A DNA stretch of 64,000 nt, taken from the NCBI RefSeq assembly GCF_009914755.1, contig NC_060935.1. The stretch is one strand, 5' to 3'. Within the stretch, counting starts at the first letter, position 1; each line of letters opens with the position of its first letter. The position numbers and the translations under genes are program-made. Shown one piece after another: positions 1 through 16,092 of the stretch. The notes under the pieces are model-generated. The model was not told where the DNA came from and made no database searches. It saw only the letters and a list, made by a program, of their open reading frames with translations. This DNA is from the human T2T-CHM13v2.0 reference genome, Homo sapiens.

Positions 1-1074
1 TTTAAATAACCACACTCTGATTCCAGTCATGATTTGATACCCGTGATAGATTTGCTCTTCCAGTTGGAGAGTGGAAGCAACTTGATCAAAAACATGAACA
101 AAGTCTATGAAAAAATGGTATGCAAGATCCTGGATATTAAGTATTGAAGGACAGTGTTCCCTGAGATATAGGAAACAAATGTGCTCTACAGTTACCCAAG
201 CTTACTGTCTAGAGAGAATTTCCAGGCATGGATCAAAGAGGCGTCACTCAGACAAAACCTAGAGGACTTTCTGAGTTGAGGAAATAAAGCTCAAAGTGTA
301 GGCGGACCATGCTGGATAGAGTTCACAGAACAGGGGACTAGAGAGGAAAGTACTCAGCTGATTACTGAGTAGGGCTTACATGTGAGGAAACTGCTCCAGG
401 CCAAAGAAGGAACAATCTGAAGAATTAGAGGTTTTTAATTGAGTAGTTAGCACTCAAACAGGAATAGGAATACTGTTTTATTAGCCAGACTGGAAAATCT
501 CAAAGATTCACATGGCATTGGGTAAAGTACACATAATGTTTTACCTTAGTAATGGGGAATAATTAGCCCTGGATTTCATTTCTTGTTAAAATATCTTAAA
601 AGCAAGTCTTTAAAAGATCAAACCATTTCCAAGTAACTGTGTCTCACGACAAAGCTCAAGAAAACTTATGGGAATACAAACATAGACAACATCCATTAAG
701 GTAAAATTTAGAATGGCTGACAGCCAGTAAAAAATTACCACCATGCAATAAGAAATAGGAAAATTTGAGCCATAATGAAGAGATAAATCAGCAAATTAAT
801 GCCAAATGAGAACTTATAAATATGTTAAATTAGCAGGCAAAGACATTAAAAAGAGTTATCATAACTGAATTTTATAGTTTCAAAAAGTTAGAGATATGGA
901 AATAGGGGGAAAAAGGAAAAATGAAACTTCTAGAGATGAAAATTAAAATATGTGAGATGAAAAGCTTACTGGATTGTATCAATGGCAGATTATACATTGC
1001 AGAATAAAATATTAGTGAACCTGAAGACATAAGAATAGAGACCATCTAAAATGAAACATAGAGAGAAAAGAGAC

Positions 1075-1370
1075 TTTTTTTTTTTTTTTGAGACAGAGTC
1101 TCATTCCATCACCCAGGCTGGAGTGCAGTGGTGCAATCTCACTCACTGCAACCTCTGTTTCCTGGGTTCAAGCAATTGTCATGTCTCAGTCTCCCAAGTA
1201 GCTGGAATTACAGATATGCACCATTATGACTGACTAATTTTTGTATTTTTAGTGGAGACAGGGTTTTGCCATGTTGGACAGACTGGTCATGAACTCCTGA
1301 CCTCAAGTGATCTGACAACCTTGGCCTCCCAAAGTGCTGGGGTTACAGGGATGAGCCATCGCGCCTGGCC
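1075..1370 (-). mobile_element. Alu (S/J-type)
   Basis: Poly(T) followed by a reverse-complement Alu dimer ending gcgcctggcc. Confidence 0.95.
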
Positions 1371-1990
1371 AAGGTTTTGTTTTTTCTTTTTTAATCACCA
1401 AATAAAGATAACATCTGTGAGTTGTGGGTAACCTATTCATGTAGTTGGAGTTCTTGAAGCAGAGGAGAAAGGAGAAGAAAAAATAATGATGAAATAATGA
1501 CTGAAAATTACTCAAATTTAATAGAAACTGTAAACCCACAGATCCAAGTAGCCTAATAATTCCTACTACAGGAAATATTTTGAAGACTACCCCAGGCACA
1601 TCATAACAAATTGTGAAAAGACAATGGAGTGACATTTGTAAACCACTGAAACAGAATGATCCATCAACCCAGAATTCTATACCCAGCAAAAGTATCTTTC
1701 AAAACAAAATGAAAAAACTTTTTGCAGACCTACATTTTTAAGTCAAAGTGATTAAAATATGATGAATTTAGATGTATCTGTACATACATGCACTATGGAT
1801 GACAATAATAGCACAAAGGTCGAGGGCAGAAATGGAAATACATTATTGGAAGATTTGTATTCTATGTGTTAAGTAGTATAATGTCATTTGAATATAGACA
1901 ATTTAGAGATGTGTACTATAAACCATAAAACCAACACTAAAATAAACCAACAAAGGGAATAAAATGGAATTATTGAAAAATACTCAGTTA

Positions 1991-2377
<387 letters not shown>

Positions 2378-3329
2378 TTAAACATAAGGATACCAATAAT
2401 CACATTAAATGTAAATAGTCTAAATATCTCAATTAAGACACAAAGATTTTCTGATAGAATAAAAAAGCAGGAAACTATTATATGCTGCCTACAAGCAATG
2501 CACTTCAAATATAAAGACCCCAATCAGTTAAAACTACAAGAGAGCTAACATCAAGCCAAAGAAAGGTGGAATTACCATCCAACAAATAATGGGAGAATGC
2601 TATAAGCAGCTTTTTGGGTGAATATGTTTATTATTTTGCTTATGATGATTATTTTACAGGTATATAGCTATGTTGAAACTTATGAAATTGTACACTTTAA
2701 ATATGTACAATTTATATTAATTATACCTCAATAAAGCTATTAAATCATTTAGATAGCCACACGTGTCCAGTAACTACAGTATTGGACTACAGTATCCTGT
2801 AATGTCCTTGAGGGTCAGAATTATATTTAAATATCCTATCTAGCAGGTACAGAGTAACCACTTGGCCAATATTTGTTTAATGAAGGAATGTAAGATACAG
2901 CTAGCTCAGTGAGTATGGGCATATCACTTACCTTTTCAGGATCTGAGTTTCCTGATGAAAAAATATGATGGTTTGTTTCAAAATTTATCTCAGCTCTAAA
3001 ATTCTGTAATTTCAAACACAGAGGAAATATTCTTCATTATTTAACTGTGGATTTAGATTTATTTGGAAAAATACTTTGTGAAAGTCACAACGATAAACTA
3101 GCACAGTTTTAAAAACTTTTTAAAAACTTAGCTAAAAATGAAATGTTGTTTTTAGCATCTTTAACTAAAATAATAACAAACATATTTTGCATTAAGTTCC
3201 CATCTTTCTTGATAAAATCCAAAATCCTTCCAGGGGCTCTATGCATATGGTCCTCTGGCTTTTCTCTTATAGTGTCTCTGCTAACAAGTCTCTTCTTCTT
3301 TGACCACTTTGTATAAAATAACAATCCCC

Positions 3330-3545
3330 AGTCTTCTGTATTTCTTTTTTCTTATTCTACTTTATTTATCTCCAAAACTCCTACTACTGTCTAACATACA
3401 TCTTTTTAAAAATATATTCTCTCACCTGGCTAGAAGATAAGTTCCATGAGGGCAAAGACTTTTGTCCATTTTGTGCATTGTTCTAAGTTTTAGAACAGTG
3501 CCTGGCACGTGGTAGGAATTCAGTAAATATTTGTTTAATGAATCA
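3330..3545 (+). mobile_element. L2 3' end
   Basis: taagttccatgagggcaaagac...tagaacagtgcctggcacgtggtagg...cagtaaatatttgtttaatgaat. Confidence 0.75.
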
Positions 3546-3724
3546 GTCAATTGCACTGTAATATCCTTTTGATTTATTCTCCTAATTATTGGTGATATTA
3601 GAGATTTCAAAAGGGCTGCCTGATTAAAAATAATTTCTTTCCAGATTTATGTCTCTGGGTTAGGTTTTTCTATCTAGATCACTTATGTCAGTTACAAAAC
3701 AAGATAAAAACAATCTGCTGATGC

Positions 3725-3910
3725 CTCCACTTTTATATGCATCATCTCACTAATTCTTCTAAATAATTCGAAGTATGATATTATTCTCAGTTTATAGATA
3801 AGGGGTCTAAGGTTTAGGGAAATTATATAAAGTATCTAGAGTTACCCAGAACTAAGATTCAAACCCAGATCTATCTTACTCTAAAGCTTGAGTTCTTAAA
3901 CATTGTACTT
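3725..3910 (-). mobile_element. MIR
   Basis: MIR core-like attattctcagtttatagataagg...gattcaaacccagatctatcttactctaaagc. Confidence 0.65.
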
Positions 3911-5378
3911 TTTCTCAGTTTCAAGTGTATTATTTGTAAAGATAATTATCAGTTTAGTACGAACACAGATAGGTTAGCATATTAGGATAGAACCTGGCAA
4001 CATTTTGAGGGAAGGCAGACTTTGGATATTTAGAGAAGATGAAGAGTGTGTGAAAGATTTGTGGGATACTTCTAGAGAGGTTTTTAGTGTGATCTGCAAG
4101 GGGGACACTGATTAGTGCAGGAAAAGTCTGAAGCATTGAACATCTGGGAAGGATGACATTGTCCAACGGGGATTGAATGATAGAGAAATTTAAAAAAATT
4201 GAGTGTCATGACTGGGTTTTGTTAGGCAAATTATAACCAGTAAATAAACCCACTTAGACTTCAATTTATAATCAATTAGAATAACTGAAAGTTATTTTAC
4301 ATGCTTTAAGTTATGTTTCTAAAAACAGTGAAATGGTAAAATGAACCTTATGCATCATGGATAGGGTGTTTTAAGTCAGTGGAGAAGAGAGATGGAGAGA
4401 GGAAGGAAGGAGGGAAAGAGGGAGGGGAGGAGAGTATGTGTGTTTAGCACAGAAAGATTTTATAGATATAAAATGTTACATAAATATATATAATATTTAC
4501 TTCATATTAATTGATAACAATCCTCTTTTTCATTGGTATATTTATATATTTCTAAGTCATTCAGGCTGTATGTATAATGCTTATCTTAGGCTAAGACAGC
4601 AAACTTGTCAAGCTTGATTTGTAATGGCAAAACTACCATGCTTTCATCAGGTTGACTAGAAATTATTTGTGTTAGAAATAGCAAAACATTTTTTGCAGTG
4701 TTTTCATTTCTGTTCTTGTGGTCACCCTTTCACAATAGAAAGAAGGTTCATTTCTTATTTGTCTGTGATGTGAGGCCATTGACGATTCTTAGGCTTAATT
4801 TGTACTGTTGTTTTTTAACATAAGAATGCATTCTACAATTTTAATTTTTGTGATTTAAAACAACTTTTCTAATCTGTTTTTTTGGTATAACTAAGACGTT
4901 AGTCAGGACTGGAGTTCTGGGTTCCTTCAACATACCATCTTAATATGTTGTGTTTACTGTGATGTTTTTGAGATCATCATTTCAGATGTTCTTGTGCCTG
5001 CTTCTAGAGGAATTACTTTTATAGCTAGTCTGTATTCCACAAAGGAATATTGTATTTTTATGAGCTTTTCTTATTGATTAGAATTGGTTGACAACTGGAC
5101 TATATTTTACATTAGAAGATCTGGTCATCTTCATATCATAGTTAATAACCTTTCTGATTTATTCACTGAACTGATTATACAAAAGCTGTTGTCCTTGTTT
5201 TTAAGTTAAGCTTGCATGTTTAGGCTTTCTAACAGACAGTTAAAAATTAGCTGTTCCCTTTTTTGTGAACCCTGTTACCCTTCTATCCCGTCTATATATG
5301 TATGTATTATATATAATTATATACATGATGATAGTTACATATAAGTATTGCAATTTATTCTCCTAATATGGGCTATAT

Positions 5379-5598
5379 TAGGGGTGTCCAATCTTTTAGC
5401 TTTTCTGGGCCACATTGGAAGAAGAAAAATTGTCTTGGGCCATACTTGAAATACACTAACACTAATGATAGTTGATGAACTAAAAAAAAATTGCAAAAAA
5501 ATCACAATGTTTAAAGAAAGTTTACAAATTTTGTTGGACCACATTCAAAGCTGTCTTGGGGCTCATGCAGCCTGCAGGCTGCAGGTTGAACAAGCTTC
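5379..5598 (+). mobile_element. MER30 (hAT-Charlie MITE)
   Basis: aggggtgtccaatcttttagcttttctgggccacattggaagaagaa...ggttgaacaagctt; degenerate 8-bp TSD ggctatat/gtttatat. Confidence 0.9.
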
Positions 5599-5757
5599 GT
5601 TTATATGAAAGGTTGAGGAATATGAAATGTGTGTGACTGGTTTGTATATCCTTTTATTGTTTCAGGCACAAGATTTAATAGTATTTTGCTTTTATGAGTC
5701 ACTCAAATGGTGATGTCAGTGTTCTTTTGCAAGTAATATATTTTCTCTTTGTTACAG

Positions 5758-5804
5758 GTCCTTTTGTTTTGCATCACAGCTGCCATGTACATGTTCTTTT
5801 TCAG
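5758..5804 (+). other. Candidate 47-nt internal exon of an unidentified plus-strand transcript
   Basis: Acceptor ttttctctttgttacag|G and donor CAG|gtatgt in unique, non-repeat sequence; no stop codon in any frame; product not recognised. Confidence 0.3.
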
Positions 5805-6689
5805 GTATGTTCTGTTATACTTATTTACTTTAATACCCCAAACAGTATCTCTTTGTAATTTCATCAACCACGAAACTAAAGTATTCTCCAAATAATTATC
5901 CCTTACAAGCAGCATACTCCCCCCGCACCCCCGCCCAGAGTGGACAGAGGTAAATCATTGCTCCTTTGTGAGTTAAGAAAAGAGAAAGAGAGGGAAGGAA
6001 GACTTATTCTCCCCACCCCCCATTCTATTTATAAGTTCATCCTAGAAAGTTGAATATGTCAATTAATAGGACTCAAATCCTGATAAGTGAATTTTTATCT
6101 TTTATGGACCTGATTGTATGTAAATACCTAAGTGTTTTTCACTCTGCTTGTAAAACAATCAACATTTTACATTTGGATAAGAAAAAATGACAGTAGATCT
6201 CTATCTAAGCCTTCTGCAAGGATAACCTAGCACATTAATGATAGTCTGTAAAATATTGTTTGTTATAATGTCAAAGTTGTACTTTTCATTGACACTGGTC
6301 TCAGGTTTGTTGGGGGCTAAGGGGAAGAGTGTTAGGATGGCCCAAGATTTAAATGCCAGTAAGAGGGATTTCTGCCATCTTCGTATAATCCCAGCAGTGT
6401 GCGAATGATTTTTGATTAGGGAGAGTCCCCTCCTTTATAATCTTTATTTCTTTATTTTTAGTGATACCAATTAATTTCCATTTATTTTACTCTTATTGCC
6501 CTCATTTGGATAGATCTTTTTATATATTTATGGATCTAGCAAAATTCAGTCTTAGCAGACAGGACCAGGCTTTTCAAATTAAAATCTGTGCTTAATTAGC
6601 AAAGACAGTTGCGGATTTTTAGTAGGATATATTTGGTAGATATATTTCTTTAAGAATAAAACAATCCAACCATACCAGAATTTTTAAAA

Positions 6690-7330
6690 AAATTTTTATT
6701 TTTAATTTTTGTGGGGACATAGTAGTTGTACATGAGATGTTTTGATACAGGGATATGATGAATAATAACCAGATGCTATTATCCTTTGTGTTACAAACAA
6801 TCCAATTTACACTCTTAGTTATTTAAAAATGTACAATTTATTATTGACTATAGTCACCCTGTTGTGCTATCAAATAGTAGGTCTCATTCTTTCTTTTCCT
6901 GTACCCGTTAATCACCCCCACCTCCCCCTGCTCCCCACTACTCTTACCACCCTCTGGTAACCATCATTCTACTCTCTATGTCCATGAGTTCAATTGTTTT
7001 GATTTTTAGATCCCACAAATAAGTGAGAACATGTGACATTTTCCTTTCTGTGCCTGGCTTAATTCACTTAACATAATGATCTCCAGTTCCATCTGTGTTG
7101 CAAATGACAGGATCTCATTCTTTTTTATGGCTGAATAATACTCCATTGTATATTATGTACCATATTTTATTTATTTATTCATCTGTCAGTGGACACTTAG
7201 CCTGCTTCCAAATTTTGCTATTGTGACCAGTGCTGCAACAAACATGGGAGTACAGATATCTCTTCGATATATTGATTTGCTTTATTTTGAGTATATACCC
7301 AGCAGTGGGATTGCTGGATCACATAATAGA
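6690..7330 (-). mobile_element. L1MA-type 5'-truncated 3' end
   Basis: Reverse-complement L1MA 3'UTR (catgagatgttttgatacagg...ttgactatagtcaccctgttgtgctatcaaatag...cccagcagtgggattgctggatc). Confidence 0.9.
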
Positions 7331-10300
7331 GATCATAAATCTCTATTATGTGATTTTTAAACCACCAATTTCCTGCTAGTATGTCCTAATAAACATTTTA
7401 TAAAGCACAATTATATAATTTTAAATTGTTTTGAGTTTTAAAAATGTCATATGCAAATAAAAAATGATGATGTTACTGTAATTATTCTTGTAAAGAGACA
7501 GCCAGGCTTTTAGAAGGGGAAACATAGATGACGAGTCAAGGTAGGGAGGACTTGAACTGCAAAAGATTTTGTATCAGTCATTGGGATGCATAGGATTTTG
7601 TATCAGTCATTAATGACTGAAGAATTATTGGAGCTGTCTGGTTGTCTTTGTGAAATTGTTTGATCTATTTATTACTTTTACTGTATCTGCATATGCAATA
7701 CACTTTTCCTGTGGCCTCTTTCCTATATTTTAATAATTTAGAAGTGGGTTGTGGGAGTTAGGAACAATGACTCATTGATTTCTAAAAACTTCTTAATTGT
7801 ATTCAGACACATTATTAAGACAATATTCCAAAAAGTTCACATAGTTTGTCTTCATATTTTTATGTTCTATCTAGCCTGAAGATATAGCATACCCAGTAGG
7901 GAAAATGCAATCGTAAAAAGCTTAAAAACTAGAAACATAACTTGTTGACATACACAAGAAGAAAGTCCAATCTCAAGTAAATTTTCTTTTTCGTGAAAAT
8001 TCCTAACAGAACAGGTATTTAAAATCTTTCCCATTGTGGCACTTAAAGACATATGTGATTAACGTGTAGCATTTCTTAGTCATCAGAAGTTTTTGAGGTT
8101 TAAAAATAAATCATTTGTTAAATACACCAATAAAGACCCAATTTATAGCATGGGTCTAGGAAATTATGTTTTGAAAACTGCTGCCATCAACCCAGTATTT
8201 TTGGTGTAGAAAGAAAATCAACCCTATAAATATGTGTTTTGGTGCAGAGCTACGGAACCTTTTCCTGTTTCAGTCACAAGTCTAGGTTAAAAACAACAGT
8301 TTAAAATACTTTCCAGAAGGCTCAATACAAGGTTTAAGTGCCAAAATAAACACTTTTAATTTTCTGAGGAAAGGGGTTGTTTTTCTCCTAAAAGAAGTAC
8401 TATCACCAAATTCGCTGTTCTTGGCAGAAGTTTGTTTGAATAGCTCAACAGAGGTTTGGTAAATGGTAAAATCAAACAATTTATAAAGTATTACAACCAA
8501 ACAAAACAATATTAGATTTGTCTGTATGCTAGCTTGTGTTGGGAATGAACAAACACTATTGTACATAACACTTGGCAGGTCCAATTGCATTTGAATATTT
8601 TATTTTAAAATTAAATTTTATTATAAATACATATATTTGAGGACACATTTATTTCATTTATTAACAATTATGTTAAATCTAATTGCATGAAGTTGGATAG
8701 TCAAATGATATTGTTCCCAGGACTCCATTTATGGTAACCTCCTTTGAGAAGAGGATAGGGAAGAATTTTATATTTGAAATAAGTCAACTTGTGTTTTTAT
8801 CCTAATCTGTGAATGGGCAAAGGGGAAATGGGGAAATGAGGCCTGCTTTCAATAAAAAGAAAATATGCCAGTTTTTTTTTTTTCAAAGAAAGAACTTGAG
8901 AAGTAGTTTCATAAATATTTTCCAAAGATGTCACAAGATGTGATGACTATACTATGAATTTACTTAAAAGCAACACGTTTTTGATATTGAAAACTATGTG
9001 AAAACTATAATGTGTAATGAAATAACTTCCTTTTACATAGCTCTTAATAGTTTTTTAATAGTTATTTTACATATATTATCTCATATGTTATAATCAGATT
9101 TTCATATTATGCACCAGAAGTAAGGCTTACGTTCAAATGGAATCATCCACTTACTTCTGGTGTGTAATGTGAAATGCTTCAAGGCTTGGGCTGGCAAAAG
9201 GTACTGTGCGAGGAGAGGGCTCTACTTCTGTTCTGGTCAGCTGGCCTGCCAGCCATGTAGCTAGCTATCACAAGTGTCTCTTGATACCCATACATGCTAT
9301 GGATTCTGTTAGGAACTGGATTACAAGGGAAGGTGAAATATATCCTGAGGATGTTTTGAAAGAGCTTTTTGTATAATCTTAGTGGGCATTCTTCATAATA
9401 GTTTTACATCCTTTGTTCAATCACCTTATTATTATTATGTATGCTATTATCATTGCTGTACCTTAGGGCATTGTTTGTTTCTATCGATTTTGGCCAAGCA
9501 GAAGTCATATTTAAAAACTTTTTAGAAAATTTGGTCTCATGCACCCCTTGAAATAATTTCTTTACTTCCAAATATGTATTTATGGGCAAAGCAGTTTGCA
9601 TTCATCATAATTTTTCATTCAGGATTGATTGGGGTCTTCCCAACAGTCATGTAGAAAAGAGATCAGTTTCTTTTGATTACTAAATCTTTTAATTAAGAAG
9701 CAAAAGAAAGAATCAACAATAAACATCAAAACTATTGCACTTAACCCTACTCACACATAAAAAAGAAAAATGCAACATTTAAAAATATTAATTCATTGAT
9801 TTTATACCCACCATTAGGTATCTGTCTATGGGGAATATTTGAGAGAAAAGAAGTAGTTTTGCATAATTTTTATAGATAAATTTAAAATAGTACTGTAAAG
9901 TGTATTATAACTCCTTCAATCCCAACCTAGTAAGTACCAGCTAGAAATTCTTTCCACATCCCTTTGCAAAAGCAACAACAAATCCAAGTTTATTTTAACA
10001 TATAGATTGAATTGTCATAGCAGTTAATCTATAGACTATATGGGACTGATTCACAGTAGAAATATCTTAAATAATCTGATGTCAACATTGTGCAGCATGG
10101 CAGTTTCAGTTAGAAATCAGTGTAAGTCAGAGTTTATTGTTATACTTTAAACTTTTAGAAACATTTCTTTTTGCCATTTGAGAATTCTAATCAATTCTCT
10201 GTGAAGGCATAAATAAATGATTTTATTAGTCTCAAGGTGTAGATTTAGTTTATCTATTTAAGAAAACCAGACTATTTATTGGCTGGACAACCTGCAAGTC

Positions 10301-11188
10301 TTGAGTGAAAGACTTGTGATTATTCTTGAACATCTTTATATAAACATACCTTAGTATATTAGAGATAACTTTAGAAGCATATAAAAAACTTTTGATCTTG
10401 GCGTTTAAACCATTTACTGATTTTTAAGTGAAAGGTCTTTAATGTTAATTCGGTTCTATGTTTATTTTTAATTTTTAAAATTTTTAATTTTTATAGGTAT
10501 ATAGTAGGTGTATATACTTACAGGGTCCATGAGATGTTTTGATACAGGCATACAGTGCATACCTAACTGTCACATCAGGATAAATGATTCATTGCCTCAA
10601 GCATTTATCATGTCTCTGTGTTACAAACATTCTAATTATATTCTTAGTTATTTTTAAATATACAATAAATTATTGTTGACTGTAGTCACCCTGTTGTGCT
10701 ATCAAATAGTAGTTCTTATTCTTTGTATCTAACTATATTTTTGTACTCATTAACAAACTCCACTACCCTCCACCCTGCCCCACCACTATTTTTTCCAGCC
10801 TCTGGTAACCCGTATTCTACTGTCTATCTCCATGAGTTCAATTGTCTTAATTTTTAGCTTTCATAAATGAGGGAGAGAACATGTGATTTTTCTCTTTGTT
10901 TTCCTGGCTTATTTTACTTAAAGTCCTTGAGTCCCATCCATGTTGCTGCAAATGACAGCCTTTTTTTTTAAAAAAAAATTTATTATTATTACACTTTAAG
11001 TTTTAGGGTACATGTGCACAATGTGCAGGTTAGTTACATATGTATACATGTGCCATGCTGATGTGCTGCACCCATTAACTTGTCGTATAGCATTAGGAGA
11101 TATACCTAATGCTCTCTCCCTGCCCCCCACCCCACAACAGTCCCCAGAGTGTAATGTTCCCCTTCCTGTGTCCATGTGTTCTCATTGT

Positions 11189-15012
<3,824 letters not shown>

Positions 15013-15075
15013 TATGATGTTAGCTGGTTATTTTGCTCGTTAGTTGTTGCAATTTCTTCCTAGCCTCAATGGTCT

Positions 15076-16092
15076 TTACAATTTGGCATGATTTTGCAGC
15101 GGCTGGTACCGGTTGTGCCTTTCCATGTTTAGTGCTTCCTTCAGGAACTCTTTTAGGGCAGGCCTGGTGGTGACAAAATCTCTCGGCATTTGCTTGTCTG
15201 TAAAGTATTTTATTTCTCCTTCACTTATGAAGGTTAGTTTGGCTGGATATGAAATTCTGGGTTGAAAATTCTTTTCTTTAAGAATGTTGAATATTGGCCC
15301 CCACTGTCTTCTGGCTTGTAGAGTTTCTGCCAAGAGATCCGCTGTTAGTCCAATGGGCTTCCCTTTGTGGGTAACCCGACCTTTCTCTCTGGCTGCCCTT
15401 AACATTTTTTCCTTCATTTCAACTTTGGTGAATCTGACAATTATGTGTCTTGGAGTTGCTCTTCTCGAGGAGTATCTTTGTGGCATTCTCTGTATTTCCT
15501 GAATCTGAATGTTGGCCTGCCTTGCTAGATTGGGGAAGTTCTCCTGGATAATATCCTGCAGAGTGTTTTCCAACTTGGTTGCATTCTCCCTGTCACTTTC
15601 AGGTACACCAGTCAGACGTAGATTTGGTGTTTTCACATAGTCCCATATTTCTTGGAGGCTTTGTTCGTTTCTTTGTGTTCTTTTTTCTCTAAACTTCCCT
15701 TCTTGCTTCATTTCATTCATTTGATCTTCCATCACTGATACCCTTTTTTCCAGTTGATTGTGTCGGCTCCTGAGGCTTCTGCATTCTTCACGTAGTTCTC
15801 GAGCCTTGGCTTTCAGCTCCATCAGCTCCTTTAAGCACTTCTCTGTATTGGTTATGCTAGTTATACATTCGTCTAAATTTTTTTCAAAGTTTTCAACTTC
15901 TTTGCCTTTGGTTTGAATTTCCTCCTGTAGCTCAGAGTAGTTTGATTGTCTGAAGGCTTCTTCTCTCAACTCGTCAAAGTCATTCTCCGTCCAACGTTGT
16001 TCCATTGCTGGTGAGGAGCTGCGTTCCTTTGGAGGAGGAGCGGCACTCTGCTTTTTAGAGTTTCCAGTTTTTCTGTTCTGTTTTTTCCCCAT
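15076..16092 (-). CDS. L1 ORF1p, intact 338-aa reading frame
   Basis: MGKKQNRKTGNSK...LQNHAKL; coiled coil, REKG, ARR and YPAKL(T) motifs; full canonical length. Confidence 0.95.
   Translation of the reverse strand: MGKKQNRKTGNSKKQSAAPPPKERSSSPAMEQRWTENDFDELREEAFRQSNYSELQEEIQTKGKEVENFEKNLDECITSITNTEKCLKELMELKAKARELREECRSLRSRHNQLEKRVSVMEDQMNEMKQEGKFREKRTQRNEQSLQEIWDYVKTPNLRLTGVPESDRENATKLENTLQDIIQENFPNLARQANIQIQEIQRMPQRYSSRRATPRHIIVRFTKVEMKEKMLRAAREKGRVTHKGKPIGLTADLLAETLQARRQWGPIFNILKEKNFQPRISYPAKLTFISEGEIKYFTDKQMPRDFVTTRPALKEFLKEALNMERHNRYQPLQNHAKL

Noticed and set aside
7870-8700. 3'UTR-like AT-rich unique stretch with poly(A)-signal hexamers
   Set aside because: These hexamers are expected by chance at this AT content, and there is no linked CDS
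8940-8946. C-box-like GTGATGA
   Set aside because: No nearby D box or terminal stem to support a snoRNA
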